DNA from: Heterodontus francisci
Lineage: Eukaryota
Assembly: GCF_036365525.1 (NCBI RefSeq)
Contig: NC_090380.1
Span: 82,345,658-82,409,657, forward strand
DNA: 64,000 nucleotides
Direction: 5' to 3'
Position 1 is the first letter of the stretch; the number at the start of each line of letters is the position of its first letter. The notes beneath the pieces are model-generated. The model saw only the letters and a list, made by a program, of their open reading frames with translations, was not told where the DNA came from and searched no databases. Positions 26,735 to 38,817 of the stretch are shown here, piece after piece. A program made the position numbers and the translations under genes.

Positions 26735-27534
26735 GAGCTGAATTGTATTCGGGTGCTGCGCTGTGTGGCAGCACCCTTTAAACTCGGCGGGGTGCCCGCA
26801 TTCAGTGGCTACCGCTGAGCCCGCACGATATTTCGTGTGGGGGATCATTTAAATAGTGGGGGCAGAGCGCCCACCCCTGATGATGTGTAGCGGCGGCATC
26901 CACGTCACCAGCAACAGCATCCGGTGCCAGCGTGCCGGCGCAGGCACCATTTTTAAAGGACTGTAAGCTCTTAGAATTACTTCAAATTTTTAAACGGCCA
27001 GCAGTATGAAATTTTTATTAAACAATAATAAATCTGTAGATGGCCCTTCCCCAACCCCCCAACGATCATTTCAATGTCCGAAATAACCAACACATTCCTT
27101 TTTGCCTACCCAAACTTTACCCTGTAAACTTATAACACTTGGTCTATAACCCCTTCCCTTCATCACCACATCCAATAAAAATTGATTTCCCCACTCCTCC
27201 ACCCCTACCTCCCTTTTTATTACTCCCCCTCCTCACCAGGCTCTCGCCTCGGAACTCTGTGCGGAGTTTCGAAGGCGCGCGACAGCCGAACGGAGGCCTT
27301 AAGATCAGCGTGGGACAGCAGGTAAGTTAATTTGAATATAATTACTGTTGATTTAAATATGCAGATGAAGGGCCCGCCGCCAGGTGGCGGGGGTCTGCAC
27401 CGAGGACCCCCACCGCCGGTAATATGTGGCAGGCCCTTCTCGACGTCACGTATAAAGGCGGGCCTCTCCCCGCAACATTTTACCATCCCCCGCACCGCGA
27501 CCCATGGAGTCGAGGAGCCGGTAAAACTCAGCCC
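26735..27534. mobile_element. PIF/Harbinger MITE
   Basis: TIR GAGCTGAATTGTA / TAAAACTCAGCCC, 3-bp TSD AAT/AAT. Confidence 0.85.
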
Positions 27535-27929
27535 AATATGTTGAAAGTTGTAGCATTTGCATTAACTCAACCTTCAAGGAGCTACTGGAGTATGAAAGGT
27601 CGGAAGAGTATGGAACTACTGAGGGATGTAAGTATTGACATTTTCCTTTATATGTTGTACTGTATTTTGAGTTTAAATTTATTTTAATTTTTTTCATTTC
27701 AGTTATTCAATGCTAGGAGCTGTTTAAAATTGTTTATTTTATACCTTAGCTGCAAGTGAGCTTGATGTGGCAATAGGTGATAAATGCTTACAAAAAGGTG
27801 CAATTAGTTGTTCTGATTGCAGCTTTATCCTTGGCTGTTGGATGATTTAGTAAGTTAAGTATAAATTTAAGCTAAGTAGCAAGAACTCAGTCTCAAGCTG
27901 TGAGATGCCAGTGAAAACTAGAAGAGTGT

Positions 27930-30210
27930 GGAGGATTGATCAGGATAGCACATTTGATGTAGACTACATGGATTTTAGCAAGGCTTTTGACAAGGTCCCA
28001 CATGGAAGACTGGCCAGTAAATGTATTATCACTTGTCCCTTTGGAATGTAAATTACTGTAAGATTCACAGGACTACAACTAATATCCAAAGAAAACTTAT
28101 ATATACAGTTACTGCACGAGCACACATACACACTTCTCACTCTGTTGGGCTCCACCCACAACTAACTGGTCAAGTGTGACATGACATTACTTTCTCTGGT
28201 GATCTTCACCTACAGTTCTTAAGGTGATCCCTTAAGGTCATCCCACAACAGTAAATTAAAAGTTAATGGGAACCAAGGGAATGTGGTAAGTTGGATCCAA
28301 AATTGGCTCAGTGACAGGAAACAAAGGGCTATGGTCAACTTTTTTTTTGTGACTGGACTGTTTCCAGTGGGGTTGCACAGGGCTCAGCACTGGGTCCCTT
28401 GCTGTTCATAGTTTATATCAATGATTTAGACTTAAATGTATGGGGGATTATTAAGAAGTTTGCAGATGATATGAAACTTTGTGTGAGGAAGAAAGCTGTA
28501 GACTGAAGGAAGATATTAATGGACTGGTTACGCAGAAAGTGGCAAATGAAATTCCATCCTGAGAAGTATGAGGTAATGCATTTGGGGATTTCAAACAAGG
28601 CAAGAGAATACACAATAAATGATAGGATTCCGTGGGCAAATTATTGGAATCAATTCCGCGAGACAGGATAAACTGTCACTTAGAAGTTTGTATGTTGGCA
28701 TTCATAGCGAGAGGGACGTCTTGCTGCAATTACACAGGGCCTTGGTGAGGCCACACCTGGAATATTGTGTGCAGTTTTGGTCTCCTTATCTGAGGAAGGA
28801 TGTTCTTGCTATAGAGGGAGTGCAGCGAAGGTTTACCAGACTGATTCCTGGGATGACGGGACTGACATATGAAGAGAGATTGAGTTGGTTAGGATTATAT
28901 TCGCTGGAGTTCAGAAGAGTGAGGGGGGATCTCATAGAAACCTATAAAATTCTAACAGGACTTGGCAGGGTAGATGCAGGAAGGATGTTCCCGATAGTGA
29001 GGGAGTCCAGAACCAGGGGACATAGTCTAAGTATATGGGGTAAACCTTTCAGGACTGAGATGAGGAGAAATTTCTTCACCCAGAGAGTGGTGAGCCTGTG
29101 GAATTCACTACCACAGAAAGCAGTTGAGGCCAAAACATTGTATGTTTTCAAGAAGGTGTTAGATATAGCTCTTGGGGCGAAAGGGATTAAAGGATATGGG
29201 GGGAATGCGGGAACAGGTTACTGAGTTGGATGATCAGCCATGATCATAATGAATGGTAAAGCAGGCTCGAAGGGCCAAATGGCCTACACGTGCTCCTATT
29301 TTCTATGTTTCTATGAAAGGCATGGATTAATTAAGAATAGTCAGCACGGATATGTTAAGGAAAGACTAACTTGGTTGAATTTTTTGAAGAAGTAGCGAGG
29401 GTTGATGAGGGTAGTGCAGTTGATGTGGTCTTTATTGGGGGTAAGTGGAAATGTGAGTAATCAGTTCAGCCATGAACTTATTCAATGGTGGAGCAGGCTC
29501 GAAGGGCCGAGTGGTCTATGCCTGCTCCTACTTCATATGTTCGTATGTCCTTGGAGTGCATTTCCACAGATCCCTGAAGGTAGCAGGACAGGTAGATAAA
29601 AAGGCATATGGGATACTGTCCTTTATTGGCGGGGGTCTAGAGTATAAGGGCAGGGAGATTATGCTAGAACTGTATAAAATACTAGTTAGACTGCAGCGAG
29701 AGTGCATATTACTGGAAAGATGTGATCACACTAGAGAGGGTATAGAAGAGATTCACAAAGATGTTTCCAGGAATGGAGAATTGTAGCTGTCAGGAAAGAT
29801 TGGACAGGCTGGGGTTGTTTTCTTTGGAACAGAGGAGGCTAAGGGAAAACTTAATTGAGGTGTATAAAATTCTGAAGGGGTTAAGTAGAGTGAATAGAAA
29901 GGACCTATTTCCATTAGCAGAGAGCTCAATAACCAGGGGACATAAATTTAAATTAACTGGTGGATAATTAGAGACAGGTTGAGGAGGAATTTTTTTCACC
30001 TAGAGGGTGGTGGGTGTCTGGAACTCACTGCCTGAAAAGGTAGTAGAGATAGAGACCTTCATCGCATTCAATAAACATTTGGATGTGCACTAATCAACAG
30101 GGCTATGGACCAAGAGCTGGTAGTTGGATTAGACTGGATAACTCTTCTTCAGCTAGCATGGACACAATGGTGTGAATGGCCTCCTTCAGGCCAGAAATCT
30201 TTCTATGTTT
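27930..30210 (+). mobile_element. Cluster of nested CR1 LINE fragments
   Basis: YMDFSKAFDKVPH (27965), KFADD (28456), well-preserved 3' end at 28710-29315 (ALVRPHLEYCVQFWSPYLRKD), another 3' end at 29550-30210. Confidence 0.92.
28022..28250. mobile_element. 229-bp solo LTR inserted in CR1
   Basis: TGT...ACA ends. Perfect 5-bp TSD GTAAA (28017-28021, 28251-28255). CR1 sequence resumes on both sides. Confidence 0.85.
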
Positions 30211-30624
30211 CAGCCATGAAGGGCCATTGGTCAGGATTATGTTCCTCCCAAGTTTAATACTTCTGTGAAATGAGTAAGTGGATTTTGATTCATGTGAGTG
30301 TTTGGTGCTGCAATTAGCCACAGCATTACCACATCAAAGGTGATGGGAGGTTTCTGGATCGTACTATTCAAAATGGGGTCACGGAAAGAGGCAGTGCCAG
30401 ACAATTCAGGACACAGGGATAGTGGAGATCGAGAAGTGAATTATCATCTACAGAGGCAATAGAGGGAGACATGACTATGTGATGGAGCGGCAGAAGGGTG
30501 GGAATTCTGCCTGGCCCTCTGCTCTGTCTTAACCCTGACCTGTTTTGCTGGATTAGTGGTCATAAGGATGTGCATGGGCTTCTGACAGTATTCACACTGC
30601 TGCTCCAGTAATAGCTGTAAAACA

Positions 30625-32300
30625 GGAGGTGGAAGGAAGAGAGGAACTTGGTGAAATTACAATCACCAGGGAAGCAGTACTGACCAAACTGATGGAGCTG
30701 CGGACTGACAATTTCCCGGGTCCTGATGGGGCTTCATCCTAGGGTCTTAAAAGATGTGGCTAATGAAGTAGTGGATGTGTTGATGATAATTTTTCAAAAT
30801 TCTCTATATTCTGGAAAGGTTCCATCAGACTGAAAAATAGCAATATAACCCCTCTAGTTAAGAAGGTGGGGGGGAGGGGGGAATGGGGGGAAGGCACAAA
30901 ACAGGTAACTATAGGCCAATTAGCTTGACGTCTGTCATGGGGAAGGTGTTCGAATCGATCATTAAGGAGGCTATATCTGGGCACTTAGTAAAACTCAAGG
31001 TAATCGGGAATGGTCAGTGTGGCTTTGTGTAAGGGATGTCATGTTTGACCAATTTACTGGAGTTTTTTGAAGGAGTAACATGCTCTGTGGATAAAGGGGA
31101 GCCTGTTGACATACTGTACTTTGATTTCCAGAAGGCATTTGACTAGGCGCCACATAAAAGGTTATTGTGCGAAGTAGGAGCTCATGGTGTAGGGGGTAGC
31201 ACATTAGCATGATAGAAGATTGGCTGGCTGGCAGAAAGCTGAGAGTATGCATAAATTGGTCCCTTTCTGATTGGCAGGATGAGACGGGTGGAGTCCCCCA
31301 GGGGTCTGTGCTGGGGCCTCAACTTTTTACAATTTATATCAATGACTTAGATGAGGAGAACGATGGCATGGTAGCTAAATTTGCAGATGACACAAAGATA
31401 GGTAGGAAAGTATGTTGTGAAGAGGACATAAGGAGGTTGCAGACCATTATAGATAGGTTGAGTGAGTGGGCAAAAATCTGGCAGATGGAGTATAATGTGG
31501 GAAAATGTGAAGTTGTTCACTTTGGCAGGAAGAATAAAAAAGCAGAGTATTACTTAAATGGAGAATGACTGCAGAATTCCGAGGTGCAGAGGGATCTAGG
31601 TGTTCTAGTGCATGAGTCACAAAAAGTTAGTATGCAGGTACAGCAAGTAATAAAGAAGGCTAATGGAATGCTATCCTTTTTACGAGAGGAATTGAAAATA
31701 AAAGTAAGGATGTTTTGCTTCAGTTATACAGGGCATTGGTGAGACCACATCTGGAATACTGTGTGCAGTTTTGGTTTCTTTATTTATGGAAGGATGTAAA
31801 TGTATTGGAGGCGGTCCAGAGGAAGTTTACTAGATTGATACCTGGAATGAACGGGTTGTCTTATGAGGAAAGGTTGGACAGACTGGGCTTGTTTTCCCTG
31901 CCGTTTAGAAGAATGAGGGGAGACTTGATTGAAGTATATAAGATCCTGAATGGTCTTGACAAGGTTGATGTGGAAAGGATATTTCCTCTTGTGGGTGAGT
32001 CCAGAACGAGGGGGCACTGTTTTAAATTAGGGGTCGCCCTTTTAAGACAGAGATAAGGAGAAATTTTGGACTTTGGAACTCTCTGCCTAAGAAGATGGTG
32101 GTGGTGGGGGTCATTGAATATTTTTAAGGTGGAGGTAGATAGATTCTTGTTACGTAAGGGAATCAAAGGTTATGGGGGGTAGATGGGATTGTAGAATTTG
32201 AGACACAAAAGGATCAGCCATGATCTTATTGAATGGCGGAGCAGTCTCAAGGGGCCGAATGGCCTACTTCTGCTCCTAATTCAAATGTTCATATGTATGT
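30625..32300 (+). mobile_element. CR1 LINE, RT to 3' end, degenerate
   Basis: GVPQGSVLGPQLFTIYINDL, KFADDTKIG, LYRALVRPHLEYCVQFW, CR1 3' UTR. Confidence 0.95.
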
Positions 32301-33479
32301 TTGTATGCAAGGCTGTAGAATTCTGGCAGTGCTGCAATGGGGCCACTAGGAGAGAGGGCAAGATATCTGAAAAGGACAGCAGTACCCCAAAGATCAAAGA
32401 ATCTCTCTGCTTTGTAGCCATTACCAGAGACCACAATGTGGGCATTCCAAACACTTCCCCTCACCTACTGACAACTTTGTGTAGGTAGTGCTGGTGAGTG
32501 GCAGTAAGAGATGTGAATGGATGGGAATCCCAACATGGGCCCCGAAAGAATTTACATATGGTGAAGGGATGGCTGGCAGCAGTCCTGACAGAGATGATGG
32601 AGGGTGGTCAGGGAGGAGTGCGCATGCAGGAGAGGAAAAATTGCTCAGGCCTCACCACTTCATTTTCCAGCCATCTCTATCTCTGTCCCTGCCAATTTTG
32701 GTTGAAATAGTGGCAGTAAATCCCTCTAGAGTAAAAACAAATCTCCTAACTTCTCTTGTCAGTTTTTTAATAATAATTTTGAATTGATAAACCCTTCCCA
32801 ACCAGAGGAAATAATGTTTCCCTGTTTATTTGATCTAAACACTTCATGATGTATGATTATAATGCTCTTTCTATGTTGGGACACCCAAAACTGGACATTT
32901 TTGTGGGCTAACCAATGCTTTATATAAGTTCATTGCTTCTCTACTCTTGTATGCTTAATCTTTATTTCTATTGCCAAATTATGAATAATTTATCAATATT
33001 ACGCATATGCGACCATGCTTTTAAGGCATTTCAATTTCAGACACACAATCGAATTGCATCTTTGCTGTATGGTAACGTAAAATCTTGCATTTCCTGCTAA
33101 CAGCATTAGCAAAGTTTTGAAAGTTCAGTTCATTAAGCACTTTGCTAGCAGCTTAATAGGCAACTTTGCAGCATTAGTGCAGATGCAATCTAACTAAGTT
33201 GTCAACTGTGCATGTGTTTTATCTAATCTGAGCTTGTAGGTTATATGTTTGTTACAAAATAGATCAGCTAGATATCTGATGTATGGAAGTGCATATAATG
33301 TTTAAGAGTTTCCAAAGCAAGCTCCTGAAAAATCTATACCGGCAGAATTTCTGTTTGGCCTGTAGTATGCGTCCAATCTCTCCGAATAGGGTCACACCAC
33401 TTATCAATGTCCAGAGAGCTTAGGTACAGGTTGACAAAGGCTTAACAAACTAGAGTGTATTGTAACGAGAAACTTTTTA

Positions 33480-33719
33480 TGTTGTCTGATGCAACATATA
33501 TGAGATGCGTTGAGTTCAGTTGATTGAAGATCTCAAATATGTCTATTAACAGCTAACTATTATATACAGTGCAGAGCTATCTGTTTACAGGACTTGCCTC
33601 ATGGTGTTACAGTTACAGAGTGAATCTGGCAAGTAGTTACGTAACTGAATCCTGGCATGCAGCTTATTAGCATACTCAGATCTTAAAGGGACCTCACTCT
33701 TAAAGGCAATCACACAACA
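33480..33719. mobile_element. Possible 240-bp solo LTR
   Basis: TGTTGT...ACAACA inverted ends and similar size to the other two solo LTRs. No TSD found. Confidence 0.4.
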
Positions 33720-33779
33720 CACACACCTTGCCAATGTTAAACATCCCACTACTTCCATGACCTCGTTAGGTAGGTCATT

Positions 33780-34950
33780 CCAGATGAACCTGACAGAACT
33801 TTTCGAAGAGGTGACTAAAGTAGTGGACAGTGGAATGTCTATGAATGTTATTTACATGGACTTCCAGAAGACATTTGATAAAGTCTCTCATAAGAGACTG
33901 TTAGCTGTATTTGGGGCTCGTGGAATTGAAGGCAAATTATTGACCTGGTTAGGAAATCGACTGAGCAAAAGGAGGCAGAGATTAGAGATAATGGGCAAGT
34001 ACTCTAATTGGCAGGATGTGACCAGTCATATCCTGTAAAGGCAATTACAATTCATAGTATTCATTAATGACTTAAATGATGGAATAGAAAGCCACATAGC
34101 CAAATTTACCAATGACCCAAGAATAGGAGGCATTGTAAGCTGTGTAGATGGAAGCATAAAATTATAGAGAGCTATTGATAGATTAAGTGAATGGGCAAAA
34201 TCATGGCAATGGATTTCAATGTAGACAAATGTGAGGTCATCCACTTTGGACAGAACAGGATAGAACAGAGTACTTTCTCAATGCTTAAAAGCAAGAAACA
34301 GTAATCAAAAAGGGTGATGGAATGCTGGTCTTTATATCTAGAGGACTAGAATACAAAGTGGTAGAAGTCATGCTTCAGCTATGCAAAGCACTGGTGAGAT
34401 CATATCTAGAGTACTGTGGCAGTTCTGGGCACCATACCTCAGGAAGGATATCCTGGCTCTGGAGGAAATGCAGTGTAGATTTATCAGAATGATACCTGAG
34501 CTCCAAGGGTACGAGGCAAAATTACACAAACCAGGGTTGTATTCCATGTAATTTGGAAGGTTAAGGGGTGATTTGATTGAAGTTTTCAAGATATTAAGGG
34601 GAACAGATAGGGTAGATAGAAACAAACTATTTCCAGTAGTTGGGGAGTCCAAGACTAGGGGGCAGAGTCTAACAAGAATAGCAAGACCTTTCAAGAGTGA
34701 AATTAGGAAAAACTTCTTCACACAAAGGGTAGAAGTTTGGAACTCTCTTCTGTAAATGGCAATCGATGCAAGATCAATTGTTAATTTTAAAACTGAGATT
34801 GATATAGTTTTGTTAGCCAAATGTATTAAAGGATATAGGGCAAAGGCGAGTATATGGAGTTAGGTCTCAGATCAGCCATGATTTAATTGAATGGTGGAAC
34901 AGACTCAAGGGGCTGAATGGCCTACTCCTATTCCTATGTTCTTATGTTCT
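33780..34950 (+). mobile_element. CR1 LINE, degenerate RT to 3' end
   Basis: NLTELFEEVTKVVD...IYMDFQKTFDKVSHKRLL and IEVFKILRGTDRVD...FFTQRVEVWNSL. Confidence 0.9.
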
Positions 34951-35224
34951 CTGAGACCAGGTGTACTCTGCTGACACGGTGTGAGGTCCTGACTGAGAGC
35001 TAGAACAAAGAAACCTCTGACTTTAAGATGCCCCTTCCTCCTACTTCAAAGGCCTTGTGGGATGAGTTAAACCCAGAATAGGGTATGGGAAAATGGCAGG
35101 GAAGTAGAATTGATGTAGAAGCTCAGCTATTATATTGAATTGCAGAGCAAGCTCGAGGGGTCAAATGGCCTACTGTTGCTCCAGAAACCGTGTCCCAATT
35201 CTGCTCTCACTCTAAACTGGAAAA

Positions 35225-36595
35225 GTTCATCGACTTTGCTACAAATTTCCACTCTTTTCTCACCTTCACATAGTCCATCTCTCACTCTTCCTTATCCTGC
35301 CTCAATTTCTCAGTCTCCATTTCTGGGGATAGGCTATCAACCAATATTGACTATAAGCCCATGGACTCCCACAGCTACCTTGACTACACTTCTTTGCACC
35401 CTGCTTTCTGTAAGGACTCGATTCCATTCTCCCAGTTTCTCTGTGTCTGCTGCATTTTCTCTGATGATGCAAGCTTCCATACAAGCTTCTGATATGTCTT
35501 CCTTTCTCCTCAACCAGGGACTCGCCATCAGCATGCTTGACAGGGCCCTCCACTGTGTCCAGTCTATTTCACACACTTCTGCTCTCACCCCTTTCCCTCC
35601 CTCCCAGAACTATGATTAGGTTCCCCTTGTCCTCAGCTTTCACCCCACCAGCCTTTGTATTCAATGGGTCTTCCTTCACTATTTCTGCCACCTCCAGCAT
35701 GATGCCACCACCAATCATATCTTCCCCTCTCCTTTAAGCATTACAAAGGGACTGTTCCATACACAACACCCTGGTCCACTCTTTGGTCACTCCCAACACC
35801 TTCTCCCCTTCCTACGACACCTTTCCATGTAAGCTCAGAAGAGGCAACACCTGCCCTTTTACCTCCTCATTTCTCACCGTCCAAGGTCCCAAGCACTTCT
35901 TCCAAGCAAACAGTGATTCACTTGTACTTCTTGTAATTTAGTATATTGTATTTGCTGCTCACGATCTCCTCTACATTGGGGAGACCAAACGTAGACTGGG
36001 TGACCACTTTGCAGAACACCTCCATTCAGTCTGTAAGCATGACCCCGAGCTCCCAGTCACCTGTCATTTTAATTCTCCACCTTACTCCCACCCTGACCTT
36101 TCTGTCCTTAGAATGCTACAGTGTTCCAATGAAGCTCAGCACAAGCTCGAGGAGCAGTGCCTCATCTTTCGACTGGGCACTTTACAGCCTTCTGGACTCA
36201 ACACTAAGTTCAACAATTTTAGATCATAATCTCTGCTCCCATTTTGTTTTGTGTTTCTTTTTTGCTTTAGTTTTCATTTTTTTGTTTCCTTCACTTAGCA
36301 TTCGAACAGCAACTTTCCTGCCCTTCACAGACAGATCCTTTGTTTCTTTACTTGTCCCATTACCACTGCCTTTAGCCTTGCAACCTGAAACCTTTTGTCA
36401 TTTAATCTCTCCTGCTCTCCATTCTATCCCTTTTTTTCTTCTTCCCCTTTCCCCCCTTTCACTTGCTCAAAACCTATTAAATTTCTAACTTCTCCCAGTT
36501 CTGACGCAAGGTCACAGACCTAAAAAGTTAACTCTGTTTCTCTTTCCGCAAATGCTGCCAGACTTGATGAGTATTTCCAGCATTTTCTGCTTTTA
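35225..36595 (+). mobile_element. Older degenerate Penelope-like element
   Basis: Colinear with the reverse complement of 9459-10948 (YKPMDSHSYLDYTSLHP, YIGETKRRLGDHFAEH). Many stops and frameshifts. Decayed hammerhead at about 36497-36533. Confidence 0.9.
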
Positions 36596-36777
36596 CCCCA
36601 ATTTTGGGATCCCTTGTATCAGATCCCAGTGAAGTTTGTGGCTGCTCTTGTGACCTTCTGAAGTTATGGTGAAATTTTGGCCCCAGTGCCTTTAAAAAAA
36701 TTAATTAATTAAATAAAATTAAGAGTTAGATATATACGGATAATTTAGAGATTCTTTCAAACTAATTTAGACACAAT

Positions 36778-37345
36778 GGCCTTGATTTTATCCGGGCAAC
36801 GGGGGTCATGGCCACTGGCAAAGGAACCAGCGAGAGCCCCGTGTCACCTACTCTGGGGAAGGCCTGTTGGATCCATTAGGCACTTAAGTGGACAGTAGCG
36901 GGCCTTCCCCAGGATCAAGGACCCCAGTGACGGAAATCCCGCCTGCTGAGAGCTGTTGGCCAATCAGAGGCCAGCAGCTCTTTAACTGAGTAGCACCACC
37001 GTGGAGGCGGTGGTTGCTGCCAGTACTCAACTCATTTGAGACCCTGTAACCAGGCTACAGGTAAGTATCAGCGGAAGAGATTTTGTGGGTTGGGAGCTGC
37101 GGGGGAGGGGTTGTAGGGGGGTCGGCAGCAAGGGCAGTGGGGTGGCTCTCAGCGGGACCCCCAACTTCCCAATGCTAGGTTGCCAGTTTAGGCACGAAGT
37201 GCATTTTAACAAAGGACCACGCCCCCACCAGAGTCGGCAAGCAACCCACATGGGTTTGCTACGTGTGCTCCCCGTGCTGTAGCAGGCCCACCCGCATCTG
37301 GCTTAATTCTGGCAGCAGTGGAATGAAGCCTTTAATTGGTAATTA
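36778..37345. mobile_element. PIF/Harbinger MITE, one end visible
   Basis: Left end GGCCTTGATTTTA after AAT. Body related to 61194-61940 and to the reverse complement of 62869-63679. Confidence 0.7.
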
Positions 37346-37589
37346 ACTGCCCAGTTTTGCACACAATTTTAACCAAGGCATTGTTCATTTACAATTGGTA
37401 AAAGACCCTGTCCTAACTCAAAAACTGTGTAAAATGCAAGCGTATAAAATCCTGTTGTGCACTCTGGAAGCAAGCATCAAAATCAACTATATTTAACATA
37501 TTAACATGCACTAGAATTTGAAATCACTTTGGTAATTGCCAACTGTTAATTACAAAGCACCCCTAAATTACAGAGTTGATTGAGATCTC

Positions 37590-38297
37590 GGGCTGGATTT
37601 TATGCTCATCTCGACGACTGGTTTCATGGCAGGGGGTGGGGGTGGCAGGCGGAAAATCAGGGCAGAATCGCCCATCGCAGAACCCGCACCGGGAATCTCG
37701 TTCCAATTCTCCCGGGGGTGGGATAGACCAACGATGGTCTTCCTGCCCAGAAGTCAAATAAGGGCCTCTTCCTGCCACCAGTGGGATCTTACTAGTAGCA
37801 GGGGTCCTCCGCCATGCGGGTTGGATGCCTTGGAAAATGAGGTGCCCTCCCTGTAGGCTTGTGGAGTGCCCCTCCTTCCTGAGCTATTTGTGGCCCATGG
37901 AGGACCCCTAACAGCAATAAATGTACTCCTCAGGACCCCACTCCCCCAGACCGAATGCCCACCCCCCTCCACACGTTCTGGATTGGCCCTGGAGACCCCA
38001 CCTCCCCTACCTCTTGTCCGAGCTTCCACCACTGATCCTGGGTCAGAGGCCTCTGCAGTACCGGCAGTGGCCACCTCTCCTGCCATCCCTGTGATTGGCC
38101 AGCAGCTCTTGGGGGCGGGATCCCCATTCCAATTAAGTTTTTAAAGGGACAAGGATCCCACCTCCTTAAAATTTGACCCCAAAAGTCCAGAGGATCACTC
38201 CAGGGGTCTGAAAAAATGTAGAGGGGGGTCCTCCCCCACCCCCACCGACTTTTCAGCCCGGTGCCATGAGCCCCGCCTCCTGCACAAAATCCAGCCT
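37590..38297. mobile_element. PIF/Harbinger MITE
   Basis: TIR GGGCTGGATTTT / AAAATCCAGCCT. Body is a clear homologue of 62869-63679. Confidence 0.88.
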
Positions 38298-38426
38298 CTT
38301 AAGTTCGACCTGTGCTTGAATCAATATACTTGTTTGAAGTGATATTGTTGAATCAGTTTACTACATTCTAATACAACCACTTGAAGAGAATAAAACAAAA
38401 TTATTCCACATTGAAGAGGACAAGCT

Positions 38427-38432
38427 TTTATT
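38427..38432 (-). promoter_or_regulatory. Candidate polyadenylation signal for the myosin transcript
   Basis: AATAAA 245 nt after the in-frame TGA, followed by a T-rich tract (TTTTGTTTT). Confidence 0.45.
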
Positions 38433-38676
38433 AATTTACTACGTATGGTACAATATATTTTACACTGACCTTTGATTTACACAGCATGCAGACAGTGAGC
38501 GAAACTGCTTGGACACCAGTGAAAGTTGTTGCTCTTTGCACGACAGAATGGAAAAAAGAAAATATTGCAAGGGAATGGCAATACAGAACTGACATCTTAA
38601 AATTGGATGTTGCCTTTTTAAACACTTCACGATAAATATATGAGTAGAATGATAGGAATAAATGAACATAAATAGT

Positions 38677-38817
38677 TCACACTTTTCCAGTGATAACTCT
38701 GGATTTGGTTCGAAGTTTGTTGACCTGAGATTCTGCAACCTCAACCCTCCCTTCAGCTTCTTCTACCTCTTGTTGGAGGTTTCTGTGCTTGCTCATGTTT
38801 GTATTGGCTCGTTCTTC
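38677..38817 (-). CDS. 3' coding exon of a sarcomeric (class II) myosin heavy chain tail; paralog and functional status unresolved
   Basis: Acceptor CTTTTTATTTATAG, then [45 protein letters not shown] (45 codons, 38817-38683). This aligns without gaps to MYH7 [45 protein letters not shown], with the same phase-0 boundaries. Followed by GTG TGA. Not in the supplied ORF track. Confidence 0.9.
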   Translation of the reverse strand, partial: EERANTNMSKHRNLQQEVEEAEGRVEVAESQVNKLRTKSRVITGKV

